DNA of 64,000 nt from NCBI GenBank assembly GCA_002269645.1, contig NIVC01000608.1, positions 294,684 to 358,683 on the forward strand. Direction: 5' to 3'. The position numbers and the translations under genes are program-made. The notes beneath the pieces were generated by a model. The model did not search any database. It saw only the letters and a list, made by a program, of their open reading frames with translations, and was not told where the DNA came from. Positions 42,543 to 56,000 of the stretch are shown piece by piece; position 1 is the stretch's first letter, and the number at the start of each line of letters is the position of its first letter. This DNA comes from Macrostomum lignano (lineage: Eukaryota).

Positions 42543-45285
42543 CTACCGGGTGCATACTTTGGGCTATCCATCTGGGGCACAGAAAGATGTGCGAGGCAGG
42601 TAAAGCCATATTATTATACTAGTTTTTCAACGATAATGAGCCAAGTAAAGGCTTTGTGTACTGATTTTACTAGTAGATACTAGTAAATTATCTCCGCGTG
42701 TATGTTGTGAGCTGCGCCGATCACGGGCCCCTTGACCCGGCACTCTCCGCCTATCCTCTCCCTGCCGCTGGTTCATTCTGGTCGGCCTCCGTCTTAAGCT
42801 GCCATTCTTTATCTTATTTTTCTCGCTTTCATTTTCGCGTCTTGGCGTCAAGCTCTCAAGATCTCTCTCGTTTGGCCTAGCCCAAAGTCTCAGCGCGGAG
42901 GCCGCGGTTAGAATTAAGCCTCCCCCCTTCTTTCTCTCTCGCCCTTCAGCTCTGAGTTTTGCCCCTAACCCCCAGCTAAGGTTGCACTTAATATAATAGT
43001 CCTACGTACTATACTTTATGTTGTACAGTGTGTTGTAGTCTTCTTGGTTATACAAGTATACACATGTACATGTATGCATGGAAATTTGTGTAGTTGGCTG
43101 ATAAATCTCGTTTTATGCATGTTTCTCTTGTGCATGTTGCATCCAAATTTATTTCATCACCCTTCTGTGCTCTTTATTTTCTCTTTCCTTATTAATAATT
43201 GCTTCTATCAATTGCTTTTCAATCATAAAATCGTGTATACACTGGTGGAACTCGTGAAAAGGGGATTTAATTGTGGTCGCAATTTTGCTGCAAAATTCAT
43301 ACTATACATATGCCGGACAATTAATTACCTCAAATTGCTATGCAATTTAAGGATTATTATAGAACACATTTTTGGTTGACCTGATGATGAGGTAGATTCA
43401 ATTAAAGACAGTTTTTTAATAGAGCCTGTAAAGTTAAAAATCATGCAATGATAGCAGCTGAACCAAATTAAGCTAGCTCTATCATTTTCTGCAATAAATT
43501 TCCCATTTCCTTTTGATAAAAGATCCTCGCTCTATATTTATGCGATTCTTTTATGGTAAATAGAGTTTTACTGGGTTTATGCACATGCCCTACATGATTT
43601 TGAACCATATGCAAAAAGTTGATCGATAGTACTGTATGGTGAGGAGAGCTTCGAAAAAGTTGCTTCATCGGATATTAGCAATGCAACTATGCAAAAGTGT
43701 GTCTAAATGACATGTATATGACCAGCCTTCACTGGTAAAATATACCCGTACTTTTAACTAATGGTTCTTTAAATTAAGATGAAAACGAACTGCAGGTAAT
43801 ACACTGTAATTGGAGGTTCAACGCTTTTATAATATACATCTTTGAATTGCCGCGCGCGGTATACATAACTATAATTGTGGGCTGCAGTCTACTCTCCAGA
43901 ATGGACGGTAGCTAAGTAAATATAAAACAACGCCTGATCCCATCATATATTCCGATACGCTGCAACCAGCTCAGGAAAAATTCAAATCCCAACTTTAGCC
44001 CTATAGCTTTACATGCTTATGGCAGTACGCGCACAATTTATGTCAACAAAGTCAAGTTTGCATTAGATAATTCTCAACCAGCTAGTGTAAATAGCAGAGC
44101 TTGTAGCAGTGCCGTTTTGGAAGTACGAAGTTAATCTACATGTATAAGTTTAGGAACTGACATTATTCACCATGGCTATAATGTGTATTTGAAACCTTGG
44201 CAACATGCAAAATTTAGTGCAAAAATAAAATTCTCATCGATGACTCAATTTTCGACAACAACTGATTGCTATGAGATAGAGTAAAATTTATTGTCGAATA
44301 TATATATAATAAAATCTTCTAAAAGTCCTAAAACAAAAAGCTTTATACGTCCAACAATAGGGTGAAACAGACACAACCCATTCTTTGGCTGATTGGCCAA
44401 ACAGAGCGGCATGATTATAAACTACTAAAGGTGAATTTAGAAAAGGGAACAGATCGATAAAACAGCATATTGTTGTTTGCCGATGCTTTTGGCTCATTTT
44501 TTATTTCTAATATTATAAGCAGATTTAGTGGCACCTGTACAGAGTGGCATCATATGTTAAGGATTTTCTGTTGCCTCTAGAAGGGGCAATTCACCTGCAC
44601 AGCATAAAGTACGACGTAGAAGGGCACTAACACTTGCAAATCGTTGCTTCTAATTGTGATTTCGAAGCAATACAATAAAATTTTCCAATTGTTTTAAAAT
44701 ATGTTTTAAATCTGTTTTTTATTCTATGAAGTTTCTAAATAGAATGCCCGCTGTTCGAGTATACAATAAGTAAATTAGTTCACATTCTATGGTTAGAAGG
44801 TCCGAGGCTGTACTTAATAGTCTAGAGGCAAGCGAAGCAAGGACTTATTAACAATAGATTTTGACCATATAGTATGACCATAAACTTTTTAACCATACGA
44901 GTTTATGACCATAGACTATGACCATAGACTATTTAACCTTAGAGTAATTTAACAAAGATGTAAACGTTTACATAACTTTAACTATAATTTTACCATGGAC
45001 GATAGACAAATATTAGCTTGAAAAATACGTGAATTAAACCTTGGACAAAACCCACGGCTTCTATTTGCTTCATTTAAAATTCGAAATTTATGAAAGCGAG
45101 ATACTGTTTCTTTCTCGCTAATGCATTTTGAAGCAAAAACCGGTCAATATCTACAGGGAACTTGTTTTCATGATTTGCAATTGTATCGTCCTACTTTGAT
45201 AGCTCGTAGTTATCCATAAATGAAGATTTCGCACAATAGGAGTTCCCAGGGGCACCACCTGGAGCTTGAAACTCAATCGAAACCT

Positions 45286-46328
45286 TTAGTTGGTTCTCGT
45301 CCGGCCCTTGTGAGGCACCTGATCTTCCTGATGCCGTCTATGGTGATGTTGCCTTCGCTGTTGCTGCTTTCGCTGCCGATGCTTCTCGGCGGCATCTTCG
45401 TCAACATCGCTGCCGCCGTCGCATTCGATGCCATCCTCGTCGCTGTCCTCTTCGCCAGGTTGATGAGCAGCCGCCGGCTTCGCCCGGCCTAGCGGTGGCA
45501 GCCGACGCGGCACGATGAAACCTTCGTGCGACTTCGACAGTCCCGTGGTTGGATGATGCGGCTGCTGCTGCTGCTGCTGCCTTTGCCTGTCTGTGTCCGT
45601 AACTTCCACCCGAACTGAGTCCGTTTTGTACTTTTGCAACAGCCGCGTTGAGACGTCCTCCGGACCGCGAGAGTGCGGCTGCCAGCCTGAAACGGCGTTA
45701 CTTTGAACCGACGACGAGTGATTGCTGCCGCCCTCTCTACTGGCGTGCTGGAAGTCGTCCTCCGTGAACATCAGGCCGCCGCCGCCGCCGCTGCTACTGC
45801 TGGGATGCCGGTCTCGCCGTTGATACGAATGCGGCACGGCACTGGCACCGGCCGCGCCCCTCGGCGAGATGGCTGCCAGATGGTGCTGATCGTCGTGTCC
45901 GCCTGAGGCGGCGTAGCGCGGACTGCCGCCACCTGCTGGCGTCCTCGGCGTCCTCGGCGTCCTCGGACTCTCCGCCTGCGACGGGGCCCGGCGCCGGAGA
46001 TCGACAGTTTCGTCCAGCTCGGCTGGCGTCGCCGACGGCAGCTGCTGACCGTTGGCAGCGTCGCCGCCGCCCCAGGTGCTGCTCCGCGACTGTCGAACCC
46101 GGCCAGTGCGCTGGCGCGCGGCTCGCGCGGCGACTCCTCGGACTGCTCGCGGAAGCCGTCGTAGACGCTGGTTGGCTGCTGCGAACGCCTGACTGGATGG
46201 TGCGGCAGCTGCTGCTGCTGCTGGAGCTGCGGCTGCGGCTGCTGAGTCTGATAGTGATGTGGCTGGCCGCGTCTGTCGCCAAGAAGGCCGCTAGCGGAGA
46301 TTGACAGCTTATCAAAATGCCGATCCAT
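45286..46328 (-). CDS. Unknown low-complexity (Q/S/G/R-rich, disordered) protein, about 347 aa if a single missing base is restored
   Basis: GC-rich coding-like island. The frame from ATG 46328 reads plausibly in its 5' part, and a second frame is open from 46290 to the stop at 45286. Length 1043 nt = 3n+2. Confidence 0.5.
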
Positions 46329-48129
46329 TTTTAAGCGTTCTCTGGTCAGCTTTGGGAATCCACTGTATACTGACTGAACTCACTGTGCTTAAAAGTGACT
46401 ACAAATTGACGTCGTTGAATCTGAAAACATTGGCTTCGCTGAAGAGGCCGCTTGACCAGAAAATGGTTTGCTCCAAATTTTATTGTTCTTGCAAGCCAAT
46501 GCCGAAGCTGCTTTTGCTGCTTGCTGGCTGCCCAGCGAGTCCGCATCAAACTCAGGCTCCCCCTGTTACACCAGCTGGGCCCGGCCAAACACGCTCTAGA
46601 AATTCCCTTCCCCCCACTTCCTCTCCTCTCCATTTCTCCCTCGCCCACTTCGCTCCCCTCGCACTGTATGCCTTCCCGCCCAGCTGTACCACCAACTGAT
46701 TGTACAGCCACCTGCTATTCAGGGGAGAATCAAACTCATGAGAGATGGCGAAATGGCGGTATAAAGCCCATGCAAGCCTATTCTTAACTCATCACACTTG
46801 CGTCCTTTTGTACTTCTCAGCCCTCTCCCTCTCTCTCTGGTCTTCCTGAGATCCCCCATCTCATTTGGCTCACGTAATGACAGTGGGAAAAACAGTGCAA
46901 TTCATTCTCTATTTTATGCAAGCACGGGAGCTGGGAGTCCAGTGTTTCACAGGCAGCTTATGTAGGTGAATGCTAGTAGGAATAGGGAAGCAAGTATTGG
47001 AAAAGAGGGGTGAGTAGAGGAACTTACTAGTCAACGTACAGCCTTCTCCCCCTACTCTTTACTCTTAGTTTCCTAGACAACAGAGACAAATATTTTATAA
47101 CAGAGCTATAGGCCTTCTTTAGAAGCACATTAGCTCTCGCCTCTCGCTGTGTCTCTCAGGTAGTAACAATGCAGTTTTAGCTTAAAATTTTTAGTACCAT
47201 GATAGTTTTACTTCTTTATTATAGTTTCTGTATAAAGTCTGGTGTTTGCCTACTAGTAATAAGTATCGATTTTTTTCGTAGTTTTGTACTGAATTGTGAA
47301 ACTTAAATCTTTTAACTTGAATTATCTTAACTGTGTATTTGAGTTTAAAATCTATATATAAAATATAGACATAAAGATTTTACGGGATAATATATTGGAT
47401 ATTACCAAATAAAATCCCGGAGAACGTAAATAATACCCCTGTTTAATTCCTTTCTTTGTTGTCTCCCCAACGGGGGCTGATTGTTAGTTAACTTTCTAAA
47501 AATAAATCCGTATTTCTAATTTAAAGTAGAATAAATCTACTGTGTATCAGATACTTTATTCATAGACTACTTGTAAGTAGTACCGTCTGCGAATTTTTTA
47601 ATATGTAAGCAAAAAGGCAGCGAAATCGCATGTAAATATTACCTGCATTTATTGCTATTTTATTTCATAGGTTTCTGAGGAACTGTTTATTTAATTGTAT
47701 AAAATTTGAATTAGCTATATAGTCAAAAAATTAGGTAAGAAATAAACAAAGATTGTTAAAAAAGTATTTTCATTGAGTAGAATTGTTGAGTACGAGAAGT
47801 GCTTTCAACACAAATCAGTTGTCATAAATATCTATTATATTTCGATATTTGCAGAAGGGAATGTTATGAGAGCTATAACCGTGCTAATTAACAATGTATT
47901 TTTATGTGCATATATAGTTAGTATCAAAACTTTTGCGTGTGTAACACTTAATGTCTTGTGTTGCTAAATAAATGTTTATACAAGATTCGAAGCAAAGTAC
48001 GAGTTTATACACTGTAGACTTCTGCTGCCAAGCTGATTCACGGTTAAGGAGATTCTCAGATGCCTGCAATCGTGTTCAATCTGGCTGTGTAACACTGAGG
48101 GGAGGGTAGAGGTTGGGGAGTGAGGCGGT

Positions 48130-48485
48130 TGGGAAGCTGAGGTGAGGGTAGGGTGGGGAGAGTTAGGTGGCTGTGAAACTGATGAGGGTTGTTTAGGGGT
48201 TGGGGAGTGAGGTGGCTGGGAAGCTGAGGGTTGTTTAGGGGTTGGAGGAGTGAGGTGGCTGGGAAGCTGAGGGTTGTTTAGGGGTTGGAGGAGTGAGGTG
48301 GCTGGGAAGCTGAGGGTTGTTTAGGGGTTGGGGAGTGAGGTGGCTGGGAAGCTGAGGGTTGTTTAGAGGTTGGGGGAGTGAGGTGGCTGTGAAGCTGAGG
48401 GTTGTTTAGGGGTTGGGGGAGTGAGGTGGCTGGGAAGCTGAGGGTTGTTTAGGGGTTGGGGGAGTGAGGTGGCTGGGAAGCTGAA
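48130..48485. repeat. 42-43-bp G-rich tandem repeat (GAGTGAGGTGGCTGGGAAGCTGAGGGTTGTTTAGGGGTTGGGG), about 8 copies
   Basis: Visible periodicity. Confidence 0.9.
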
Positions 48486-48676
48486 GGGAAGATATTGCAT
48501 GAAGTGGTGCCATTAAAATTGGTGGCTGGGATTTCAAACGGAGAAAGGTGTTTGAAAAGAAAACGTAGCGTGTGCGATTGTCGATTGATAACTTTTAGTG
48601 TTTATTTTAGCAAACTCATTATCTGTGATCTAGAATAGACATCAATTCAAAATTTTCGTTGATGCGTCGGATAATC

Positions 48677-50663
48677 TTAAGAAACGTGCATCGAACTTCC
48701 GGTCACGAAACCTTTCGGTCCGTGGTTCCGCGTGTAGCAGCCGCGGCAAAACACTTGGCCCTTGTGCTCGGACTCGCCGCCCGGTTCCAGCGGCTTGGAG
48801 CAGTCCTCGCACTTGAAGCAGGCCCGGTGAAACACCCGTCCAGTGGCCTGGAGGCGCTCGTTGAAATACACCGAGCCGGAGCAGCGGGAGCACTTCTCTC
48901 CGCCGCCGCCGTACTTGACGGCGCTTGGCGAAGGTCTGGCCGTGGCGACATTTTCAACGTGGTTCCTGACCAGTGCGAGATTGAAAATAAATGAGTTGGA
49001 TCAGTCAGTCAGTCAGTCAGTCAGTCAGTCAGTCAGTCAGTCAGTCAGTCAGTCAGTCAGTCAGACAGTCAGACAGTCAGTCAGTCAGTCAGTCAGTCAG
49101 TCAGTCAGTCAGTCAGTCAGTCAGTCAGTCAGTCAGTCAGTGAGTCAGTCAGTCAGCCAGTCAGTCAGCCAGTCAGTCAGTCAGTCAGTCAGTCAGTCAG
49201 TCAGTCAGTCAGTCAGTCAGTCAGTCAGTCAGTCAGTCAGTCAGTCAGTCAGTCAGTCAGTCAGTCAGTCAGTCAGTCAGTCATTTAGTATTTGTTCAGC
49301 TCAGCACAGGAAATATTTGTTCAAAGAAATGTGTTATTTGAGAGAAATTTGTCACGTGCCGTGGTCGGCATGGCTTCTCAGAGAAAGCCAATGGAATGAG
49401 AAATCTCTCAGGTTTCCGCCAAAGCCAGCAAGTGTTGCTTGTGTGTCACAATTAACACTCATGGCGTTGTCCCGCGAGGCTTGTTCTCTTCGCTCTTCGA
49501 ATAAAATTAACAATGTGACCGCATTGAGTCATGAGGTACACATTTGGAGAGAGAATCAAAAAGATAGACGGAGAAAGACTTGCTGCCAGTTTGTCTTTAG
49601 CAAAGTAGTATTTAAGTAAACAAGAAGCAAGGCTCTGCATATTGGCATTGCCAGTGTCTGAGGAACTCGACCTGTTGTGCAATTTTAGCAGCTGAATGCA
49701 TGAGGAGAAGGCAGGAAGTTCGTGTTTCACTTGCTATATGACGAATTGGAGCCTTTACATGTATGCCAAGCTATATTGCAATATATTAGCACAGGAAATC
49801 AAATGGCTCAAATTCCATTACATGCTTAGTGAATAATTCAACCAAATTCATTTATCTCCGCAACTGCTCACTTTTCTAAGTCATTTATTTCTGATGCAAA
49901 AATATTTTATAGAAAATTTAAGAGGTCGAATTGAATCAGGTACGCAAATTGAAAAACGAAACATTCGGTTTGATGAAATCGAATTTTAGAACTAGAAAGT
50001 GCAAATTATTTTATGGGCGTGTGTTGTTTTAGTTTGACTGCTGAACCTTTCCTGTCACTTTTAAGTCTCAAGCTTTAATCACTTACTTTTGAACCGAAAA
50101 GCTGAAATAATATTTCAAAAGTTCCGAATACATATAAAAACGAAATGCACGAAATTAATAAAATTAATTAAACGATTATAGTTTTTTCTAAGGCCGTGAT
50201 TTAAAGAGATTATGCACTCACGGCTGCCCCTCTGATTGCAGTCCGGCGGCTCCGCCAGCAAAGCCGTATCCTTTAGGACCGAAGTTCTTAGCGTAGCAGG
50301 CCCGGCAGTAAATCCTGTCCTCGTGGTCGTTCACCGTCGATGAGTCAAGCAGCTTATTGCACAGGCCTAATAAAGTATAAGATATAATCCTCACAGTCTT
50401 TCAGAGATATAAAATTAAGAATCGCTTCATTTAATTATAATTCCTGATCTCGCAACTTTTGAGTAGTAACTATATACAATCTCTGCTACAAATCGTGAGC
50501 ATAAAATTGTTTTTTAATCCAAAAAGTGAAATGCTATAGAAATTTACTTACAGCATTTCAGACAAAATTTATGGTACGAATTCCTAAGACATTTCACTTC
50601 CTCCGCAAAGTACACTTTCTTCTTGCAGGCTGGGCATGTAGGTGAGCCACCAAATGTAGGCAT
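48677..50663 (-). CDS. CSRP: Cysteine- and glycine-rich protein / muscle LIM protein, two LIM domains; complement(join(48677..48965,50222..50366,50552..50663)), 181 aa
   Basis: LIM1 CPACKKKVYFAEE...HKFCLKCCLC...IYCRACYAKNFGPKGYG; LIM2 CSRCSGSVYFNE...HRACFKCEDC...VFCRGCYTRNHGPKGF. GT-AG junctions in phases 1 and 2. Confidence 0.94.
49001..49283. repeat. (TCAG)n microsatellite, about 70 units, CSRP intron 2
   Basis: Directly visible; causes the SQSV ORF 48843..49619. Confidence 0.97.
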
Positions 50664-51739
50664 TGTATTAGAAATATATTGTGATTGAAAGTTTTAGTAG
50701 ATTTTTTAACTAAGCTATTGTACGCAACGCAATTGAAATAGCAGAAAAAAAGAAGCAATTCGCACTACGAGATGCTGAAATTTCTATCCGCGCATTATTA
50801 AATCGAATTTTGCCAAATTTTGTTTCCGTGAAAAATATTAATAAAATAAAAATATATTCAAGAAAGATTTAAAAACTTTATAACCGCGTTACGAATCTGA
50901 GTAATTTAGTATTTTCTATAACTTTCTTCGGTTAAAATTGTTATAACAATTAAAATAAAGCCCGGAACTTTAAAACTACACTTTTGTAACCCTTTAGCAA
51001 GGACCACTAAGGTCCTTGCCCTTTAGTAATTAGTTAGTATCCACGTATCATTTTTGCACATACTTATTACAACCGTTGTGCTGCATCAGCTTTTGTTTTT
51101 ACTTTGTAGCGTGGCTTAGCTATACATGGTTATAATTAGTAGCTAAGTGAGTCTATAAGTCTAGGAGTACACTATAACAGCTTTTTGTGCATTTTTTGCC
51201 TCCTAATGCCTTGTAAACTTATATTAGGCTATATAGACTTAGTCATACTTCATAATCAAAATAACCAAAATTTTCACATTTGTCATGAGTATGGCCGGCC
51301 TACCTAGGGCTTGACTAAGGATTTAGCTTTATTTAATGATGTTTGCCTACCTGTAACGATGTCGTTAGCATCTTAAATTTTTAGGTTCTATCATAAGTTT
51401 TTTTCGATAAAGTTCAAAAAAGTTCAAAAAAAGCATTATTACTTTTTTGATAAGTCATCTTAGGTTTAAGTGAACCAGAATTTCCCGCCAATTTAAATTG
51501 TCGCCTCGCTCTCATTTTGTTTCCACAGCGGAGTAGTTTCTTGGCGTTTTGTCTCTTTACTAATAATATAATTAAATAAATAAATAAATAACTAGTCGGT
51601 AATCACATCTCGATCGAACTCGCTACGTCATATACCTATATTTCTGCCAGACCATTTGTTTAACCTATATCATAGGCCTAACCTATAGGCCTATGATTTG
51701 TTTAATGCCAGACTTTTTTCTTGATTGCCTTTATTAGGC

Positions 51740-53085
51740 CTATGAGGCTATGTATATCTCAGTAATCACATGTGTACCAGGAAGGACATGGCATTGAATC
51801 AAAGGTAGCATCATTGCAGCGGTGTGGTTAGGAACAGCAATCATCACACACTTCCTGGTAGGCCCTACCACATTCAACCATGCCAAATACCCACTGTCCA
51901 GGCCAGTGGGCACCTTGGTAGTACTTTCGGTGAAAGAAATAAAATTTGTCTATCTCTACATCTTTACCAGGACCACCTAGTTCCACTGAATGGTCAATTA
52001 GGTACTGAGAACAGATGTCCCTGATGAAGTTTTGCCAGTTGACAATAGCATTATGACCCATAGTCAGGAAGGTGGCAAGTGCACGCGGGAATCAATTTAT
52101 GGAAAAATCCTTGGTGCATGCCAATGTACGCCAATTTTTTAAAACCCTTAACATGACGTTTCTGTTGCACGCCAAAAATCTTGAATACCAAAAATCATGT
52201 ACGCCGAAAATTGTGTATACCAAAATCCTGTATGCCAAAAGTGGTTACACCGTCTGTTTACCTTACAGTAAATTGTAAAAATTTGAATATTTTTAAATAA
52301 ATTTTCTACTTACATTAAACAAAGTTTATATAAAAAAAGGAAATTCGCTACAAAGAACATAGTGAGTATCAAAAACTTTTTCTTCACATTTCAAGAAACA
52401 AATAAACTAAAAGTCTACAAGAGTCACAAAATAAGAGCGTTTAAAAGTTGGATATTTTAATTTTAATGTAGGCTGTAGAGTGTAGGCCTGGCTGTTGGCT
52501 AGGCTGTAGCCACAACTAGTTGGTTTAATCAATATTCAAATTCAATTGTTCACGTTTAACTTTATATATTATATATATAGTGTATAAATCTATATCTGAC
52601 TTGTTGATATACTGTCAGTTTGTAATTGCACGCCAAGGTTACACGCCAAGTAAAAAACTTGTACGCTGAAAATTTAGGCGTGGCTTGAGACCCCTATTTG
52701 CACGCCAACTTTGCACGCCAAAATTTTAGTGTGGCTTGTGCACGCGGGAAAATTCCCGCATGCAGGCCACCTTCCTGAGTATGGATTATGACTAATGTTG
52801 CATTTGCATTGTTGTTGACACTTATCTTACTTTGCTTCTGTGACTATAGCCAACTACCAAATGAGATACTAGCTTCAAAGTATCTCAGCTGCTGCTGAAG
52901 CATAAGATGACTAGGCCTAGCTTAAAAAATAGCCTTTCCGAATTGATACCTGGGCATAACAGCTGGTGCATGCCCATGCCAGTCAGTCCATCCAAAAATT
53001 GGTCATCTATATGCCATTGCAATCGCATTTGTGTTGCCATTATATTGCCAGTGCCACCTCTAGCGCAGGTCAAGCATGACACCAT
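51740..53085 (-). pseudogene. Degraded Merlin/IS1595(ISXO2)-like DDE transposase, split by a MITE
   Basis: Fragments across frames: CTSCYAQVSIRKGYF; ISHNAIVNWQNFIRDIC; LGGPGKDVEIDK...RKYYQG...GQWVFGMVE; LPLIQCHVLPGTHVITE. All match the ISXO2-like transposase pattern. Confidence 0.8.
52058..52784. mobile_element. 727-bp MITE, 18-bp TIR CCATA(G/C)TCAGGAAGGTGG, 8-bp TSD ATTATGAC
   Basis: TSD at 52050-52057 and 52785-52792; internal (T/C)ACGCCAAAA repeats. Removing it restores the Merlin reading frame. Confidence 0.85.
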
Positions 53086-56000
53086 TAGTTTTCAATAAGA
53101 TGCATGGTATGTTGCCATTCAGTTAATAATGTCTCAAGGAGTTGTCATAATAGTGGCAAGCTCCCATATTAGCCTATGAAATTAATGTTGCATAGCTCTA
53201 GTGCAAAATGCACTTGCCTAGGGGGTACCATAAATGTAGGTGCTACAGGGCAACCATTTATATCATTGAATATAATTGTATATTTTTTAGCAGTAGCTGA
53301 CTAAAAACTTAAGAGGACTTATAAATTATTTTCTTTATACCCCCTTCTAGTTTTCTAGTGATATCCCTGTAGTTTTAACTATAGACAGTTGCTAAAAGAC
53401 AGTTGTTGCTTCACTTTCTTATATGCCTTGGCACAATTTCAATTTCATGCTTTTATAAATGCTACGAAGGTTTCCATGTCTTACTATTATCGTTTTTTGT
53501 CATTTTAAGTTAGTACTGTTTATGTTCAAACAGAAAATTAAATTGTTTTTCTTAAAAACATATGGATTTTAAAATGGCATAGAAATTTAGATTTTCACAT
53601 ACAAATAAAGAATAAAAGAGGCCTTCTATATATTAAATAATAAAAATAGGTCTAATAGGCCTAACTTTTAAATGATTAATTTTAATGATCATATAATAAT
53701 TAACTTTTTTAGACTAATAATAATAACCATAGTCTGGATCATGTAACATACACCTGAAAATTTAGGTAGGCCTAGGCCTATGCATTGGCTTTGCAGGCCA
53801 AAAGTTAGGTATACACACTTGGCATGCATGATTTAAACAAAAATAATATGCATGTATACATAGAAGCCTAGTATGCAATGTATACAATCAGGCAAAAAAG
53901 TTAGGGCCTAGTGTTAAGTGGAAAAAGATTGAAAAGTTTATTTTAAAAAATAAATTTCAATTTAAGCTTTCCAGTTTTAAGTTTATAATAAAAAACTTAA
54001 AAAATGTTTTTACATATTTATATTTTTGCACTATAAATAATATGGAATACTTTTAGACATAGTGGCTAGTTCTATAATGTTGGAGCATATAAACATAGCT
54101 GCAATGTCTATAGGCCCTAATGTTAAGCATACATGGTAGCTACTGTTGCTATAAATTATGGCAATAAATGTGCAGGTACTATAGACATGGCTGCTGTCCC
54201 TAGTATATGATGCATTCTTTATTGTATGGACACAGTTGCTGATTTGCTGTGTCTATAAGCTCTAATATAGATATAGTAGCCTAGCCATGTCTATAAGTAT
54301 AGACTTAAGCACTATTAGAGACATGGTGGCCATTTCTATAATCCAAAAACTTATAGAAATGGTGGTTGTGTCTCTAAGTATGGCATAAATAATACTATAT
54401 AAACAAGAAAGAAAGTTAAATAATCAACCAAATTATTAGCCAAAAAGGGTCTTTTATGGTTACACAATTCAAAAAAGGTTATTTATTTTTGAATTGTTGA
54501 AAGTGAAAAAAGGTCAATTATTATTGTAACACTAGCCTAGATTTGAGAATATAGACATGCATTTAAATTTTTTGGTGTATTTATAATACCAAATTGTTAT
54601 AAATTATAAGTTTTTGTTTAGGCATGCACCTAGCATGATCCAGCCTATAGAATAATAGTGTATATAAATATATTTTATTGGTAAATATATTGTCTCTAGA
54701 CAAGTAATTCCCATATATTAAAAGTAAGTTTATAGATATTTTTATTTATAAATGATTGATTTTTAAAAAAGTAAATGATAAAAAGATAAAGATATCAAGC
54801 TACTTTGAATTTAAGACAGTCTAAATCTACTTAGCAAACTTAATATAAATAATAAAATATAAGAGTAAGTAAATGGGTTGTCTCTATAAATGTCTTTGAT
54901 AGTGCTAATTTCAAATTGAAACTTCATTTTTATATATGCCCTTAGCTTTAACCCAAGTCCTAATTATATTTAGTTTAAAGCCTACCACTAGGGTATAAGA
55001 AATAAAAGAGGAGGTTAAGTTAGTTAACGTAAGGACCTAAGGTGATTTTTTTAATGGGATTGATTCTATTCTGAGAAATATTTAAACGTGATTCTAAGGA
55101 ATGTTTAAGAGAAATTCTAAGGAATGTTTAAGGGTGTTGGGTGATTTTGAGGGATATTTAAAAGCAATTCTAAGGAAAACAAAATATAATTCTTGGGGTT
55201 TATGTAGTGACTAAGAATGGTTTATTTAAAAAAGAAGCAGGAAATAGAACATATAGTCAAATGATCACTAAATAGTTAATAATTTTTTAGTTAACCTAAA
55301 AATTCCTTATTGGCAAATGTGACAAAAACCAAACTATGTAGTATAAAAATTAAAGTTATGATTTTGAAAATAAGGTTAGTAATTTGTTTACTATGCTATT
55401 CATGTTCTTTACTATGCTTTATAGTTTATCTAGGCTATGTAGAGTTATTGCTGGTATCCTTTAGCTATTTAGATATTTAGCAATTTTAGGATTATTTTAT
55501 CATATTTTTAACCATTATATAAACAATTATATAAATAGCACTACAAAACCAAGTCACCAAAAACTGCTAAATTAATGGCATAGCTTTAATAGAATCCCAT
55601 AGGTACATGTTGCAAGTTGAATGCAAAAAAGACTAAAATATAAGTTATCATGTTGTCTAAATGTCTTTCAAACAAAAAAGTTGCACCATTAATGCAAACA
55701 CTGTACTAGCTATATTTTTCATCTTTTAGTATATAGACTAGTAGTGCACAATAAAAAATCTTATCTGGTCTGATTTTTAGGTGACCTAGAAAAAGACAAG
55801 TAGTAGTGCATCTCTATTTGTCATTAAAATCAATCACTTCAATATATGCCTTGCAAAGCTTGACATTTTTTAGATTCTTTCATTGTTTGTAGACTTTTAT
55901 AAATGTTGTTTTGATGTTATTGTAGATTTGTTCAGGTCCCAACTAGAGGATATAATCCAATCTTACTTTCATTTTGTTTTTATTATAAGATATGTTTCTT

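Noticed and set aside
42690-43000. GC-richer patch beginning TGTTGTGAGC as a solo LTR
   Set aside because: No defined TG...CA end, TSD, PBS/PPT or second copy in the window.
53100-56000. Genes or defined elements in the very AT-rich stretch
   Set aside because: Only scattered short repeats (e.g. CTATAGACATGG-like); no ORF, TIR pair or TSD could be supported.
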